A DNA stretch of 64,000 nucleotides from IMG/VR virus record IMGVR_UViG_3300045988_115217; one strand, 5' to 3'. The position numbers were made by a program, and so were the translations under genes. Numbering within the stretch: the first letter of the stretch is position 1; every line of letters begins with the position of its first letter. The notes under the pieces are model-generated. The model made no database searches. It was not told where the DNA came from and worked only from the letters and a program-made list of their open reading frames with translations. Shown one piece after another: positions 1-8,402 of this stretch. The DNA comes from a virus.

Positions 1-618
1 CTAAAGTTTCGCAAGTGAAAATTCACAAGCGTGATTTAACGTAATTTTGGAATAAAAAAGGCTCTGAAGTTTGTATAACTCACAGAAAATGAGTATCTTT
101 ATAATCGCTAAACAATAAAGATAACCAATCTTCTCAGCAACCCTGATTGCGGTATCAGCATACTTCTTTGCATTACCCTTAAAAGGTTCTGAGCCATGAT
201 AGGAGAAGCCATTATCAAAGACTAGTTTGAATACCTTATTCTTAGGTAGCTGATACTTACAGAAGTCATCATAAGGAAGAATATTTCCATCAACCTCAAA
301 ACAAATCTGCTTATAATCAAGGAAGGAAACAAAACCTTTATCATTGATAGTAAGATTACTTCGTTTAAGAGTATCTAACACATCTTTCTCCTCTTCTTTA
401 TTAAGAATGCGATAATTAGTAAAGATAATCTTACAGCTCGCTTTTTGTGGTACGTTATCAACGATTGCAATAAGCGGAATAAAGCTGCTAAAAGAGCCAG
501 ATAAAGCTATTCCCTGTTCTCTTAAAAAACGCTCACCATCGCACTTATTAAGATACACGATAGCTAAAGGAAACTCCTTTCTGAACGCTACATATAAATT
601 CTTAAATTCTACGAACAT
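1..618 (-). CDS. hypothetical phage protein (205 aa)
   Basis: Complete ORF (ATG at 618, TAG at 1-3), co-directional and tightly packed with the minus-strand early operon. No motif recognised. Confidence 0.45.
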   Translation of the reverse strand: MFVEFKNLYVAFRKEFPLAIVYLNKCDGERFLREQGIALSGSFSSFIPLIAIVDNVPQKASCKIIFTNYRILNKEEEKDVLDTLKRSNLTINDKGFVSFLDYKQICFEVDGNILPYDDFCKYQLPKNKVFKLVFDNGFSYHGSEPFKGNAKKYADTAIRVAEKIGYLYCLAIIKILIFCELYKLQSLFYSKITLNHACEFSLAKL

Positions 619-629
619 AAGCCTACGTT

Positions 630-956
630 TTAATACATGTCGTTTTCACTAAAACCATTGATGAAGATTGTCTTCTTATCGTGGTCTATCTCCATATCCT
701 GAGCGCAAGCCCAATTCAAGCATTTATTCAGCTCATCATCGAAAGTCCCCATAAACGAACCGCCAGGTCGCAAAATCTTGCGCATACCCTCACGTTTGAG
801 CTCTCTGCCACCGCAAGCACCTTTCCAAGCGAAGCCAGCCAACCAATGAACCTTGTAATCTGGGTGATTGGCTACTTCTTTTCTTACATCTTCATTGCTA
901 CACAAATTAAATTTTACCACATTTCCCATTGTATTGTATCTCCTATATTTAAACAT
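630..956 (-). CDS. hypothetical phage protein (108 aa)
   Basis: ORF packed 3 nt after the upstream stop. Globular-looking composition. Confidence 0.45.
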   Translation of the reverse strand: MFKYRRYNTMGNVVKFNLCSNEDVRKEVANHPDYKVHWLAGFAWKGACGGRELKREGMRKILRPGGSFMGTFDDELNKCLNWACAQDMEIDHDKKTIFINGFSENDMY

Positions 957-959
957 TAA

Positions 960-1187
960 TTATTTCTTATCCATGCATTCTTTTACCGCATACTGGCTTT
1001 TAAGAAGGCATTGCGTTGAATTCAAGCCAATCGGAATAAAGTATTCCACGATAGCGTTCCAACGTCCTCTGAACGTACCCGAGCCTTTAACATTAGCAAT
1101 AAAAGAATCTTTGGTTGATTCACTAATCAAGGCTCCAGAGTATTTTGTAATAACCTCGCCAGTATATCTGTTGATAATTGTAATCAT
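960..1187 (-). CDS. hypothetical phage protein (75 aa)
   Basis: ORF with a 4-nt overlap to the upstream gene (1184-1187). Confidence 0.4.
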   Translation of the reverse strand: MITIINRYTGEVITKYSGALISESTKDSFIANVKGSGTFRGRWNAIVEYFIPIGLNSTQCLLKSQYAVKECMDKK

Positions 1188-1432
1188 TTTCTTATCTCCT
1201 GTTTATTGGTTTTCGGTTTTCGGTTTTCCAAGAACTCAATTATTGTACCCATAACCTTTATAACACTATAGCTTTTGACCATAGTCTTTTCTTCGAATAC
1301 TAAAACAGAAGGAAGAACCTTGCATTCGCCTCGCTTTATAATTTTGTCGTAGAATTGAATAACTTCCTTCCAGCTATTAAAGCTATTAGCTAATACCTGA
1401 AATCTAATTTTGCTGTTTCCTTTTGTTGCCAT
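1184..1432 (-). CDS. hypothetical phage protein (82 aa)
   Basis: ATG preceded by an ATAGGAGATAC box (reverse complement of 1436-1446). Confidence 0.45.
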   Translation of the reverse strand: MATKGNSKIRFQVLANSFNSWKEVIQFYDKIIKRGECKVLPSVLVFEEKTMVKSYSVIKVMGTIIEFLENRKPKTNKQEIRK

Positions 1433-1443
1433 TGTCGTATCTC

Positions 1444-1626
1444 CTATAATTTAATTCCAAAAGATTCAAATTCTGCTTTTAAAACCTTATCAAACTCTGA
1501 AAGGTCATTAATGAAAAGCCCTCTTGCAAAATGCAAATTTGCTTCATAAAACGCTTCTGCGCTATTAAGCTTGTAAAGTACAAGACTTTTTGCGACTTCC
1601 TTCATTGTAATAGTCTTTGTTCCCAT
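1444..1626 (-). CDS. hypothetical phage protein (60 aa)
   Basis: First ORF after the promoter-leader cassette. ATAGGAGATAC box (reverse complement of 1631-1641) lies 5 nt before the ATG. Confidence 0.45.
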   Translation of the reverse strand: MGTKTITMKEVAKSLVLYKLNSAEAFYEANLHFARGLFINDLSEFDKVLKAEFESFGIKL

Positions 1627-1724
1627 TGTTGTATCTCCTATGTTTAATCGTTATTATTAATTTTTATACCGCAAAATTAATAGTTTCTTTTCAGATAGAC
1701 AAATTTTCTATTAACTTTCTATTA
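1627..1724 (-). promoter_or_regulatory. promoter-leader cassette with Bacteroides-type -7 box
   Basis: Reverse complement of 1672-1679 is TAATTTTG (TAnnTTTG). The ~60-nt leader is about 90% identical to the one at 60380-60436. TCTATTA boxes at 1707-1713 and 1718-1724. Confidence 0.55.
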
Positions 1725-1768
1725 GTATTTAATGTTATTTAAGAGTAAACCCAATAAATCGGATATAT

Positions 1769-2170
1769 TTACACGGAAAATTTAGATTTTACCCATTTTT
1801 CTACGGTCATAATAAAATCCTCCAAAGAACGGCAAATGCTGTACTGAAAGCCTAATCGCTCAACGTCAGACTGAAATTTTATCTGTAAATCCGACTGCTT
1901 TCCATCTTTTGTTTTTACCTCAATAAATAAGACATTTCCTTGCGCTATAATAATAAGGTCAGAGAAACCTGCTAATACGCCCTCTCCCTTCATTATCTTT
2001 GCTTCAAGCGAACTTCGTTGTCCTCCGTTTGGGATGGCAGCAATGATATAGCGAGGATATTGTAAGCGAAACCAGCTAACCATCTGTCTCTGTATCTGTG
2101 ATTCTATATGCCGAGGTTTGCTTCTACCTTTCTTCTGTATCTCCTTTTTCAAAAACTCATCGTACTTCAT
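1769..2170 (-). CDS. VRR-NUC domain nuclease
   Basis: ESQIQ...W, GFSDLII and FIEVKTKDGKQSDLQ motifs fit the PD-(D/E)xK VRR-NUC pattern. Confidence 0.7.
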   Translation of the reverse strand: MKYDEFLKKEIQKKGRSKPRHIESQIQRQMVSWFRLQYPRYIIAAIPNGGQRSSLEAKIMKGEGVLAGFSDLIIIAQGNVLFIEVKTKDGKQSDLQIKFQSDVERLGFQYSICRSLEDFIMTVEKWVKSKFSV

Positions 2171-2172
2171 TA

Positions 2173-2925
2173 TTAAAATAATCTTGGTTCAATCTTTGAT
2201 AATACTTTTTCTTTCGCCCCTCTAAAAAACTCCTTATTTACCTCAAAACCATAAGCCTTACGACCTAAATTCGCAGCAGCTCTAAGAGTTGTTCCCGAAC
2301 CTGCGCATGGGTCAATGATTACATCCCCTCTATCTGTGAAGATTTCAATCAACCTTTCAAGCAATGGTACAGGCTTCTGTGTAGGATGCACCTTTGGCGT
2401 TGAATTATCTCTAACCCAATCAAAGCAATTGAATATCATTTGCCCATTATTATTGAATTTCGGCAATTTATCACGATAGAGGATAAGACCATACTCGCAA
2501 TTACCAACAACCTTCATATTTGCTTTCAATACCTGAGCCGAGAAGTTCTTGCGGAACACCAAGGGTATATAGTGCATCAGTCCGTACTTTTTACCAAGCT
2601 GTATAAACTGAAATTGCTGTTCATACTCACAAAACAGAATCATACAAGGTGATTTGCCCGACTGCTTAGGCTCTTTTATAAGCATCTTGCTACAGAAGTG
2701 CATAAATTCGGCAGGGCGAAACTCACTGTCAGAAGAAAAGAACTGCTTACCAGCCAGCTCACTTTCTCCGTTTTTGTTGTCACCATCCTTGTACCAAGTA
2801 GGATTGGAGGCATAAGCGTTTTTACCAAGAACGTAGGGCACGTCAGTTAAAACAAGTTGCGCATGTGGAATACCATAGGTCTTATAATTTTGAAAACTAT
2901 CATTGAATATTTCTATATCTTTCAT
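2173..2925 (-). CDS. DNA methyltransferase, beta-class (N6-A/N4-C family)
   Basis: N-terminal TDVPY (motif IV-like) and C-terminal IIDPCAGSGTT (motif I), in the order typical of PF01555-type phage methylases. Confidence 0.8.
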   Translation of the reverse strand: MKDIEIFNDSFQNYKTYGIPHAQLVLTDVPYVLGKNAYASNPTWYKDGDNKNGESELAGKQFFSSDSEFRPAEFMHFCSKMLIKEPKQSGKSPCMILFCEYEQQFQFIQLGKKYGLMHYIPLVFRKNFSAQVLKANMKVVGNCEYGLILYRDKLPKFNNNGQMIFNCFDWVRDNSTPKVHPTQKPVPLLERLIEIFTDRGDVIIDPCAGSGTTLRAAANLGRKAYGFEVNKEFFRGAKEKVLSKIEPRLF

Positions 2926-2943
2926 ACGTTTTATCCTCCTTCT

Positions 2944-3369
2944 TTAAAAATTTATCGTACTTCGTTGTTGCATTTCTTTAGCCTTAATATCTTTAACGAA
3001 AAATTCAATCATACGTTCATAATATTCTCTTCTTTCAAGATACTTCGTACAATTTATCTTTCGCTTACAGAAATCGACATTATTTTGAGCCATCAAATAT
3101 TTATAGATGTAGAGCATCTTCAAATCATCAGTTCTGATGAACGCCAAAGTCTTTTCCTCGTAAGCCTTTTCAAGTTGCTTATAGGTTTCTTTCAGCTCTT
3201 TATTCTTTTTCTGTAAGTGATAGGCAAATATCCACATGGCGATGAACGGAAAGAATAATATCGCCGCAGACCAACCATCCTTTATCGCACTACTAATACA
3301 GCATCCTAATAGAAAGAATGCACATAGCAACTCTATATGAGAGCCGCACCAAGATAAAATCTTCTTCAT
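2944..3369 (-). CDS. hypothetical membrane/coiled-coil protein (141 aa)
   Basis: Two N-terminal hydrophobic segments followed by a K/E-rich helix. Confidence 0.4.
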   Translation of the reverse strand: MKKILSWCGSHIELLCAFFLLGCCISSAIKDGWSAAILFFPFIAMWIFAYHLQKKNKELKETYKQLEKAYEEKTLAFIRTDDLKMLYIYKYLMAQNNVDFCKRKINCTKYLERREYYERMIEFFVKDIKAKEMQQRSTINF

Positions 3370-3378
3370 ATTGATATA

Positions 3379-3669
3379 CTATTTATCGGTTTCTATTTTT
3401 GAAATCTGACTATTGAAGTATTTGCGCACACCTTCGTAAATCTTCAATTGACGAGAAAGTTCTTTGTTCTTTTGTAGAAGCTCATCACGCTCAGCAACGA
3501 CCTTCTCGTAATCATTATGTTTATTATTTAATTTATTAAGCAACTCACCTTGCTCTTTAACCTTTTTCCGATAACGAGTAAGCTTAGTTTGCATCTGCGA
3601 GTAGTTTTCTAACACTCGAAGCACTACTCTTTCGTAAGGTACATCATTATTATGCTTAGTTTCTTCCAT
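3379..3669 (-). CDS. hypothetical coiled-coil protein (96 aa)
   Basis: ORF with heptad-like K/E/L-rich sequence. Confidence 0.4.
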   Translation of the reverse strand: MEETKHNNDVPYERVVLRVLENYSQMQTKLTRYRKKVKEQGELLNKLNNKHNDYEKVVAERDELLQKNKELSRQLKIYEGVRKYFNSQISKIETDK

Positions 3670-3671
3670 TC

Positions 3672-3917
3672 TTATTCTCCTTTCTTCTTTTGAGTATTTT
3701 CAAATATAGGATACTTCGCTATCTGAGTGATAACGATATTCTCGACATCACGCTGTTCCTTGGTTTTCATCCATTGTAAGCAAGGACGTTGTTTTGACAT
3801 AGTAAGAGACGAAATTAGTCCTAACATTTCATCGTAACCAAGTTCTCCGCTACTTTTATCTCCTTAAAAAACTTCAAAGTAACCATTATTATACTGCTTA
3901 ATAGTTATATCTTCCAT
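3672..3917 (-). pseudogene. 82-codon frame interrupted by one in-frame TAA (3864-3866)
   Basis: Hand translation gives MEDITIKQYNNGYFEVF*GDKSSGELGYDEMLGL...KKKGE*. The downstream part may instead start at ATG 3827 or 3800. Confidence 0.2.
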
Positions 3918-4032
3918 ATTACAAATGTTTTTAGCTTTATCATATACACCAATAATATAATTATCGGTGATAGCTTAAACAAAAGAATTGCTTCTTTATT
4001 AATAAGCTCCAACACCGTATTCTCTTTCAATA

Positions 4033-4605
4033 TCACGGCAGAATAACTTCGCCTCTTTTATATTTCTCCCAAAACTCTTTATCGTACTTAAATCCTTTTT
4101 TGAATCTACGTCCGATGGTATTACCTTTTTGGAATTTACGACCATAGTTATTACCTTCCTTGAATGCGAACCTCTTGCTGCTTGCTTTAGAGATAATATT
4201 CGCCACCTTCATTCTTGCCAATCTCATAGAATAGAGCCATCTTTCGTTTTTTCTCAACCCAAGAGAACGAGCCTTGTTTTTAACCTGTCTTATTTTGCAA
4301 CAGAACTCTTCGGCAACTTCTTCGTTTGTATGAAAAGGAAAGTACTCTCTGAATCTCCTTTCTTCTTCTTCGCTCCAATATCGATAACTGCCACGATAGC
4401 GAATATCTCCAAACTTGGCTATGAATCTCGGTGATGCAGTTCTTGCACCCTTTCCCCTCAATCGCCTACGAACGGTTTCATAAGGTATTCCAGCTTTATT
4501 GCTAATTTCGCCAATCGTAAGCCCCTGTGCGTACATAGCCAGCAATTCGTCATCTACAGAATAAGGGTATTTTAGGATGCAACAGCCTTTATTACTTACT
4601 CCCAT
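4033..4605 (-). CDS. HTH DNA-binding protein (190 aa)
   Basis: LTIGEISNKAGIPYETVRRRLRGKG helix-turn-helix, with a basic C-terminal half. Confidence 0.5.
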   Translation of the reverse strand: MGVSNKGCCILKYPYSVDDELLAMYAQGLTIGEISNKAGIPYETVRRRLRGKGARTASPRFIAKFGDIRYRGSYRYWSEEEERRFREYFPFHTNEEVAEEFCCKIRQVKNKARSLGLRKNERWLYSMRLARMKVANIISKASSKRFAFKEGNNYGRKFQKGNTIGRRFKKGFKYDKEFWEKYKRGEVILP

Positions 4606-4835
4606 ACGATAGCCTTTAATTGTTCAATATTTCTATAAGAGATTTTACATTTCTTATTTTCGTAACACCCATCTTTTGCGAGCGCATTCCAAAGGGCATT
4701 AAGGCTAATGCCTATTATATTTTTGTCGTACCTTAGATAAATCTCTGGGCAAGTAAGGAAAGGCTCTGGTTTCTTTCCTTTTAGTTGAAGAACAACTACC
4801 CTTTTTGCTCTTGTCGGTCTTTCGTTTCTAATCAT
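4596..4835 (-). CDS. hypothetical phage protein (79 aa)
   Basis: ORF overlapping both neighbours by a few nt. Confidence 0.4.
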   Translation of the reverse strand: MIRNERPTRAKRVVVLQLKGKKPEPFLTCPEIYLRYDKNIIGISLNALWNALAKDGCYENKKCKISYRNIEQLKAIVWE

Positions 4836-5026
4836 TTGTTTACCTCACTTTCTATCTGTTTCTGTGACTCACGGATAAGCAAATCAAGCACCTTGCTTAT
4901 GATATTAGCATTCTTAATTGTATAGATACCAATACCAGTCAAGAGGTCAACCTTGATAACCATTCCGTTCTTTCGCAGGAGCTTATACTGCGTATTCAAC
5001 TCTTTAATTTTATCCAACTTATCCAT
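4832..5026 (-). CDS. hypothetical phage protein (64 aa)
   Basis: ORF with a 4-nt overlap to the downstream gene. Confidence 0.4.
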   Translation of the reverse strand: MDKLDKIKELNTQYKLLRKNGMVIKVDLLTGIGIYTIKNANIISKVLDLLIRESQKQIESEVNK

Positions 5027-5028
5027 AT

Positions 5029-5181
5029 TTATAATTTATTATAAGCATGTGCATACAACCTACGCTCTTCCTTATGCGCCGCATAGTAAGCTTTAGCCCT
5101 ATTGATGCAATCTTCACGATGTCTCAGATAATAGGTTTTATTATATGCACTTTTACGGAGAGATAACTCTATTTGTGTCAT
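5029..5181 (-). CDS. small hypothetical protein (50 aa)
   Basis: Hand-translated ORF MTQIELSLRK...AYNKL, below the ORF-track cutoff. It fills an otherwise empty gap. Confidence 0.3.
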   Translation of the reverse strand: MTQIELSLRKSAYNKTYYLRHREDCINRAKAYYAAHKEERRLYAHAYNKL

Positions 5182-5234
5182 GGATTTATAATTTTATAGA
5201 AAGCAGAGGGAAAATTCCCTCCGCATTCAATATT

Positions 5235-5771
5235 TTACAATTTGAAAATCATAATCTCGGCAAGTGGAGTCCTCTTAGGAATGAAAAGATTACGAGAATG
5301 AGAACCGAAGCTGGTCTGTTCATGAATCATAGTTTCATCATTAATAGAAAGCACAAGCCTGATTTCCTTGCCTTCTTCTGCTTGTAATGAAATTACATCA
5401 GAATTACTTAATCGATAGTCCGATTCTGTCGGAAGCCCTGATATTGCGTTATCAATAACCGGCAGAACGATACCACGATACCCTTGATTAAGGATAACAC
5501 CAGTATCTACAACAATACGACCTTTGCGAGCTTCTATATCGGCAGGAGCATAGACAACAAAAGAACCATCACAGCAATATGTAGGATAGAGAATGGCATC
5601 ATTCTTCAATGTAAAAAGCAAATCACTCTTAGCGGAATCTTCTGCTTGTTCTTTACCTTCCTGTTTATCCGCTTTTTCTTCGCTCTGCTTGGCGTTATTA
5701 TTTTCCGCCAATAATTTATCGTTATCCAGTCCTAAAGGCTGTTCTACGGCAGTTTTCTTTGGTCTTGCCAT
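5235..5771 (-). CDS. hypothetical protein, possibly a degenerate dUTPase-like barrel
   Basis: Acidic low-complexity N-terminus. TGVILNQGYRGIV resembles dUTPase motif III (GxIDxxYRG) but lacks the Asp residues. Confidence 0.45.
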   Translation of the reverse strand: MARPKKTAVEQPLGLDNDKLLAENNNAKQSEEKADKQEGKEQAEDSAKSDLLFTLKNDAILYPTYCCDGSFVVYAPADIEARKGRIVVDTGVILNQGYRGIVLPVIDNAISGLPTESDYRLSNSDVISLQAEEGKEIRLVLSINDETMIHEQTSFGSHSRNLFIPKRTPLAEIMIFKL

Positions 5772-5774
5772 AAT

Positions 5775-6266
5775 TTACTCCTCCTTCTTTTCTTCGTTAA
5801 ACTTCTGTTCCTTCTCCTCCTTTGTCTTATGCTCGAATACATCGTACACGTTAGTTTTGCTGAGACCGACGATTTCATAGTCTATCATGGTCTTCCCCAT
5901 CACCTCATCAATATTACTTATTGCTCGGTGCATAGACTTTGCTTGCACGAGGTAAGTCACATTGCTACGCTTCTCCTTATTAGACTTTTCATCAATGAGG
6001 ATGAATTGTAACTTGGCTTTATACCAGCAATCATCATCATCCTTATCAGAAAAGAATACCTCTCTGTACGAAGCTTCTTGCATTGCCTTAACTTTGAACT
6101 CGCCGCTAATATAAGCAGCCATTTCCTCCGTGATTGCGCTCTCACCTTCCGTAAAGGATAAGGCATCAATCGCATACTTTTCGGTCACAGATTTCTCTGA
6201 ACCATCTTCTTGTGTCTTTTGGTAGCGGATTCCTACCTCAAACCAATTACTCGTTCTAATACGCAT
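5775..6266 (-). CDS. DUF4494 family protein
   Basis: WFEVGIRYQK...VTEKYAIDALSFTEGE...ISGEF...WYKAKLQFI...EKRS matches my recollection of the Bacteroidota DUF4494 pattern. Confidence 0.65.
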   Translation of the reverse strand: MRIRTSNWFEVGIRYQKTQEDGSEKSVTEKYAIDALSFTEGESAITEEMAAYISGEFKVKAMQEASYREVFFSDKDDDDCWYKAKLQFILIDEKSNKEKRSNVTYLVQAKSMHRAISNIDEVMGKTMIDYEIVGLSKTNVYDVFEHKTKEEKEQKFNEEKKEE

Positions 6267-6318
6267 ATTTCTAATAATTTAAAACTAACTTAAAACCATT
6301 ATCTAATAATACCTTTGC

Positions 6319-6705
6319 TCAAAATGGTAAATCGTCTAAATTCTGTGTCTGTGCAAAAGGTGCATCGCAAGTAGCAGCCGCATTCTGAGCTTCATAGTTC
6401 GCTGGTCTCAGACCACCAAGAATCGGCATCGCCTTCTTTTCTTCATCTGTCATTTTCTCACGAACCTCTTTAGGTAGCGACTGTTTAATCATGTGAGTTT
6501 CCTCATACTTAGGATTTTGTAACTCCCAAGCGGTAAAATCAAGGTAAGCGCCTTTTGGATGATTGTTTTCATCAGAACTAATGAAGATATTATTATCCTC
6601 AATAGGAATAACCAAACAGCGAAGCACCTCGGTTCGCCCTTGGATTTGCATAACGCCAGCTCTTTTGAGCTTCAGTAAATTCAGTTTACCATTAAAATTT
6701 GTCAT
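6319..6705 (-). CDS. putative ssDNA-binding protein (non-canonical)
   Basis: C-terminal acidic tip ...NLDDLPF resembles the SSB interaction tail (DDDIPF). The gene sits in the recombination module. Confidence 0.45.
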   Translation of the reverse strand: MTNFNGKLNLLKLKRAGVMQIQGRTEVLRCLVIPIEDNNIFISSDENNHPKGAYLDFTAWELQNPKYEETHMIKQSLPKEVREKMTDEEKKAMPILGGLRPANYEAQNAAATCDAPFAQTQNLDDLPF

Positions 6706-6726
6706 ATTGTATATTTTTTAAAAACA

Positions 6727-6946
6727 TAGCCCCAAGGGAGGGAATCGAACCCTCGCCAACCTCCGCTTATTAAGAACTGCTTATTACGGAGTATCTTCGC
6801 ATATACCCATAGAATAAAATGCAATAACCGCACCTCCTTTTATTGTAAGGATTTGATAAGAATTTGGTATCACTACCATACAGTTCACGCACCCTGTGCG
6901 ATTGGTGTTCCTTGAGAGGTAAAAATGCCCCACCGCCGTAGGGCTA
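6727..6946 (-). ncRNA. candidate structured RNA with a tRNA-like T-arm and acceptor 3' strand (not a canonical tRNA)
   Basis: Minus strand has GAGGGTTCGATTCCCTC (6754-6738) followed by CCTTGGGG. An 11-bp closing helix is possible between 6946-6936 and 6737-6727. A GTGA-tetraloop hairpin lies at 6878-6865 and another hairpin at 6900-6888. The surrounding 420 bp are ORF-free. Confidence 0.3.
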
Positions 6947-7035
6947 CTACTTAGCGAACATTTTAATATTCTAACTAAAACAAATTATGAACTTGCCTCA
7001 CGGCAATATATCATTATAAACTGAGAAAATAATCT

Positions 7036-7076
7036 ATAAATAAAGAGCCGACACCTCACGGCGGCTTCATGGCTCT
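7036..7076 (-). terminator. hairpin terminator after the DUF932 gene
   Basis: AGAGCC...GGCTCT stem with a CCGTGAGG loop, followed by a T-rich run on the minus strand. Confidence 0.5.
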
Positions 7077-7126
7077 AAAAATCGACTTTTATATGACTTC
7101 AATATTCAATCTTATGTAGTTATATT

Positions 7127-8101
7127 TTAAATCAATGTATTCTGAATGAAGCTACTCATTGCCAAATTCTGTGAAAGAATCATTGGCTGGTCGAGCTGTG
7201 TTGACTTATACATATCGGTAGCCGCATTGTACAAATCCCAAGCGGTAACCATATTGCGCTCGTAGTAGGCAATCATCATTTTCTCGGTCAAGCGACCAAT
7301 CTGTGCCTGATTGAGAGGAATGACTTGAAGATTGCGAATACCTTTGTATTTCGTTTCAGCAGCAACACGGAGCGAAGTCAGCATACCGATGATAGTAAAC
7401 ATTTCCTGTGCCTTAATCTCACGATTTTTCATACGCTCAATCATTTCATCATTGGCATCAATGATGCCTCTTAGATTAGCGAGCCAAGCATCGGCACGTT
7501 GAAGAAGCTCATCGAGCTTGAAAGCTCCTCTTCTGCTATTGAGGTCTGAGTAAGTAGCACCATAATGCTCGGCATTAAGTAAGCACTGATTATGACAGAT
7601 AACTACGTTTCTACCAATACCTAACTGAATACCCTTCTGATGAAATGATACCGCCATATTGGTTGTAATCTCATCATTACCATCACCCTTATCAAAGTCA
7701 CGCAAGCGGATATTACAGAATACTCGGCGAAGGATATGAGCCTCTACAGCTCTATCACCCATCAAAGCTTCCTTCTCAGGCAAACGGGTAACACCTGGAG
7801 TATTGCGGTCTTTGTTATTCGCCGCAAAGAGGTCGTAAATCTCAGCCTTATAGCCGTGCTTTTCGCACAAATCTTCCACCTGATGAATGAGGTCAAAATG
7901 ATAGATGCCCTTCAAAGGCTTTCCGTACACATCATTCTCCTTCTCCGTGCGTTCAAGCTGGTCGATTGTCAGAATCTGTACCTTGGATGTCTCAAAATCC
8001 AAGAACTGATTCATATTATCGCTCTTCAACTCTGGCTGCTTTGCAACCGCTACCTCTGCTACCTTTGGCTGTGCCATCAAATTCATTGCCATTGTGTTCA
8101 T
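7127..8101 (-). CDS. DUF932-like protein
   Basis: GIGRNVVICHNQCLL resembles the DUF932 G-x-N-V-x-V-C-x-N core. First gene of the minus operon, with an ATAGGAGATAC box at 8106-8116. Confidence 0.55.
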   Translation of the reverse strand: MNTMAMNLMAQPKVAEVAVAKQPELKSDNMNQFLDFETSKVQILTIDQLERTEKENDVYGKPLKGIYHFDLIHQVEDLCEKHGYKAEIYDLFAANNKDRNTPGVTRLPEKEALMGDRAVEAHILRRVFCNIRLRDFDKGDGNDEITTNMAVSFHQKGIQLGIGRNVVICHNQCLLNAEHYGATYSDLNSRRGAFKLDELLQRADAWLANLRGIIDANDEMIERMKNREIKAQEMFTIIGMLTSLRVAAETKYKGIRNLQVIPLNQAQIGRLTEKMMIAYYERNMVTAWDLYNAATDMYKSTQLDQPMILSQNLAMSSFIQNTLI

Positions 8102-8184
8102 TGTTGTATCTCCTATTTTTTAAAATTAATATTTTATATCTTATTATATTAGCATCAAAAGCTATTTTATTAACTTTGATACCG

Positions 8185-8192
8185 CAAAATTA
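8185..8192 (-). promoter_or_regulatory. -7 box TAATTTTG (minus strand)
   Basis: ACCGCAAAATTAAT motif, as at 1672, 49794 and 58832. Confidence 0.5.
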
Positions 8193-8240
8193 ATAATTTC
8201 TTTTCATTCTACCAAAATTTTTATTAGTGTTTTAATAATC

Positions 8241-8307
8241 ATTATTAGTTTTCTATTAATTTTTAAGAGATTTTAAAACAGAATATGAATAATTCTTTTT
8301 AATTTTG
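8241..8307 (+). promoter_or_regulatory. divergent plus-strand promoter with a TCTATTA box
   Basis: ATTATTA (8241-8247) and TCTATTA (8252-8258) lie upstream of TAATTTTG (8300-8307). Confidence 0.5.
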
Positions 8308-8402
8308 CGGCGTGAAAGAAAGTGCTAGTTTCAAAATAAAGAAAAGAATCATATGTGCCCAATCAACATAAGTGAAAGGGTTCAATATATAAACCAAACG
8401 GA

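Noticed and set aside
6761-6791. Ochre (UAA) suppressor tRNA that could explain the two in-frame TAA codons
   Set aside because: No 7-nt loop with U33 followed by UUA could be drawn. All long genes use normal stops, and only two isolated in-frame TAAs were found. The evidence is insufficient.
6727-6815. Canonical tRNA gene on the minus strand, suggested by a GGTTCGATTCC T-loop
   Set aside because: No 5' acceptor strand complementary to CCTTGGG lies within 70-95 nt. There is no U8 or D-arm with GG. The only anticodon-like stem (CTCCG/CGGAG) encloses 21 nt. I report it as tRNA-like structured RNA only.
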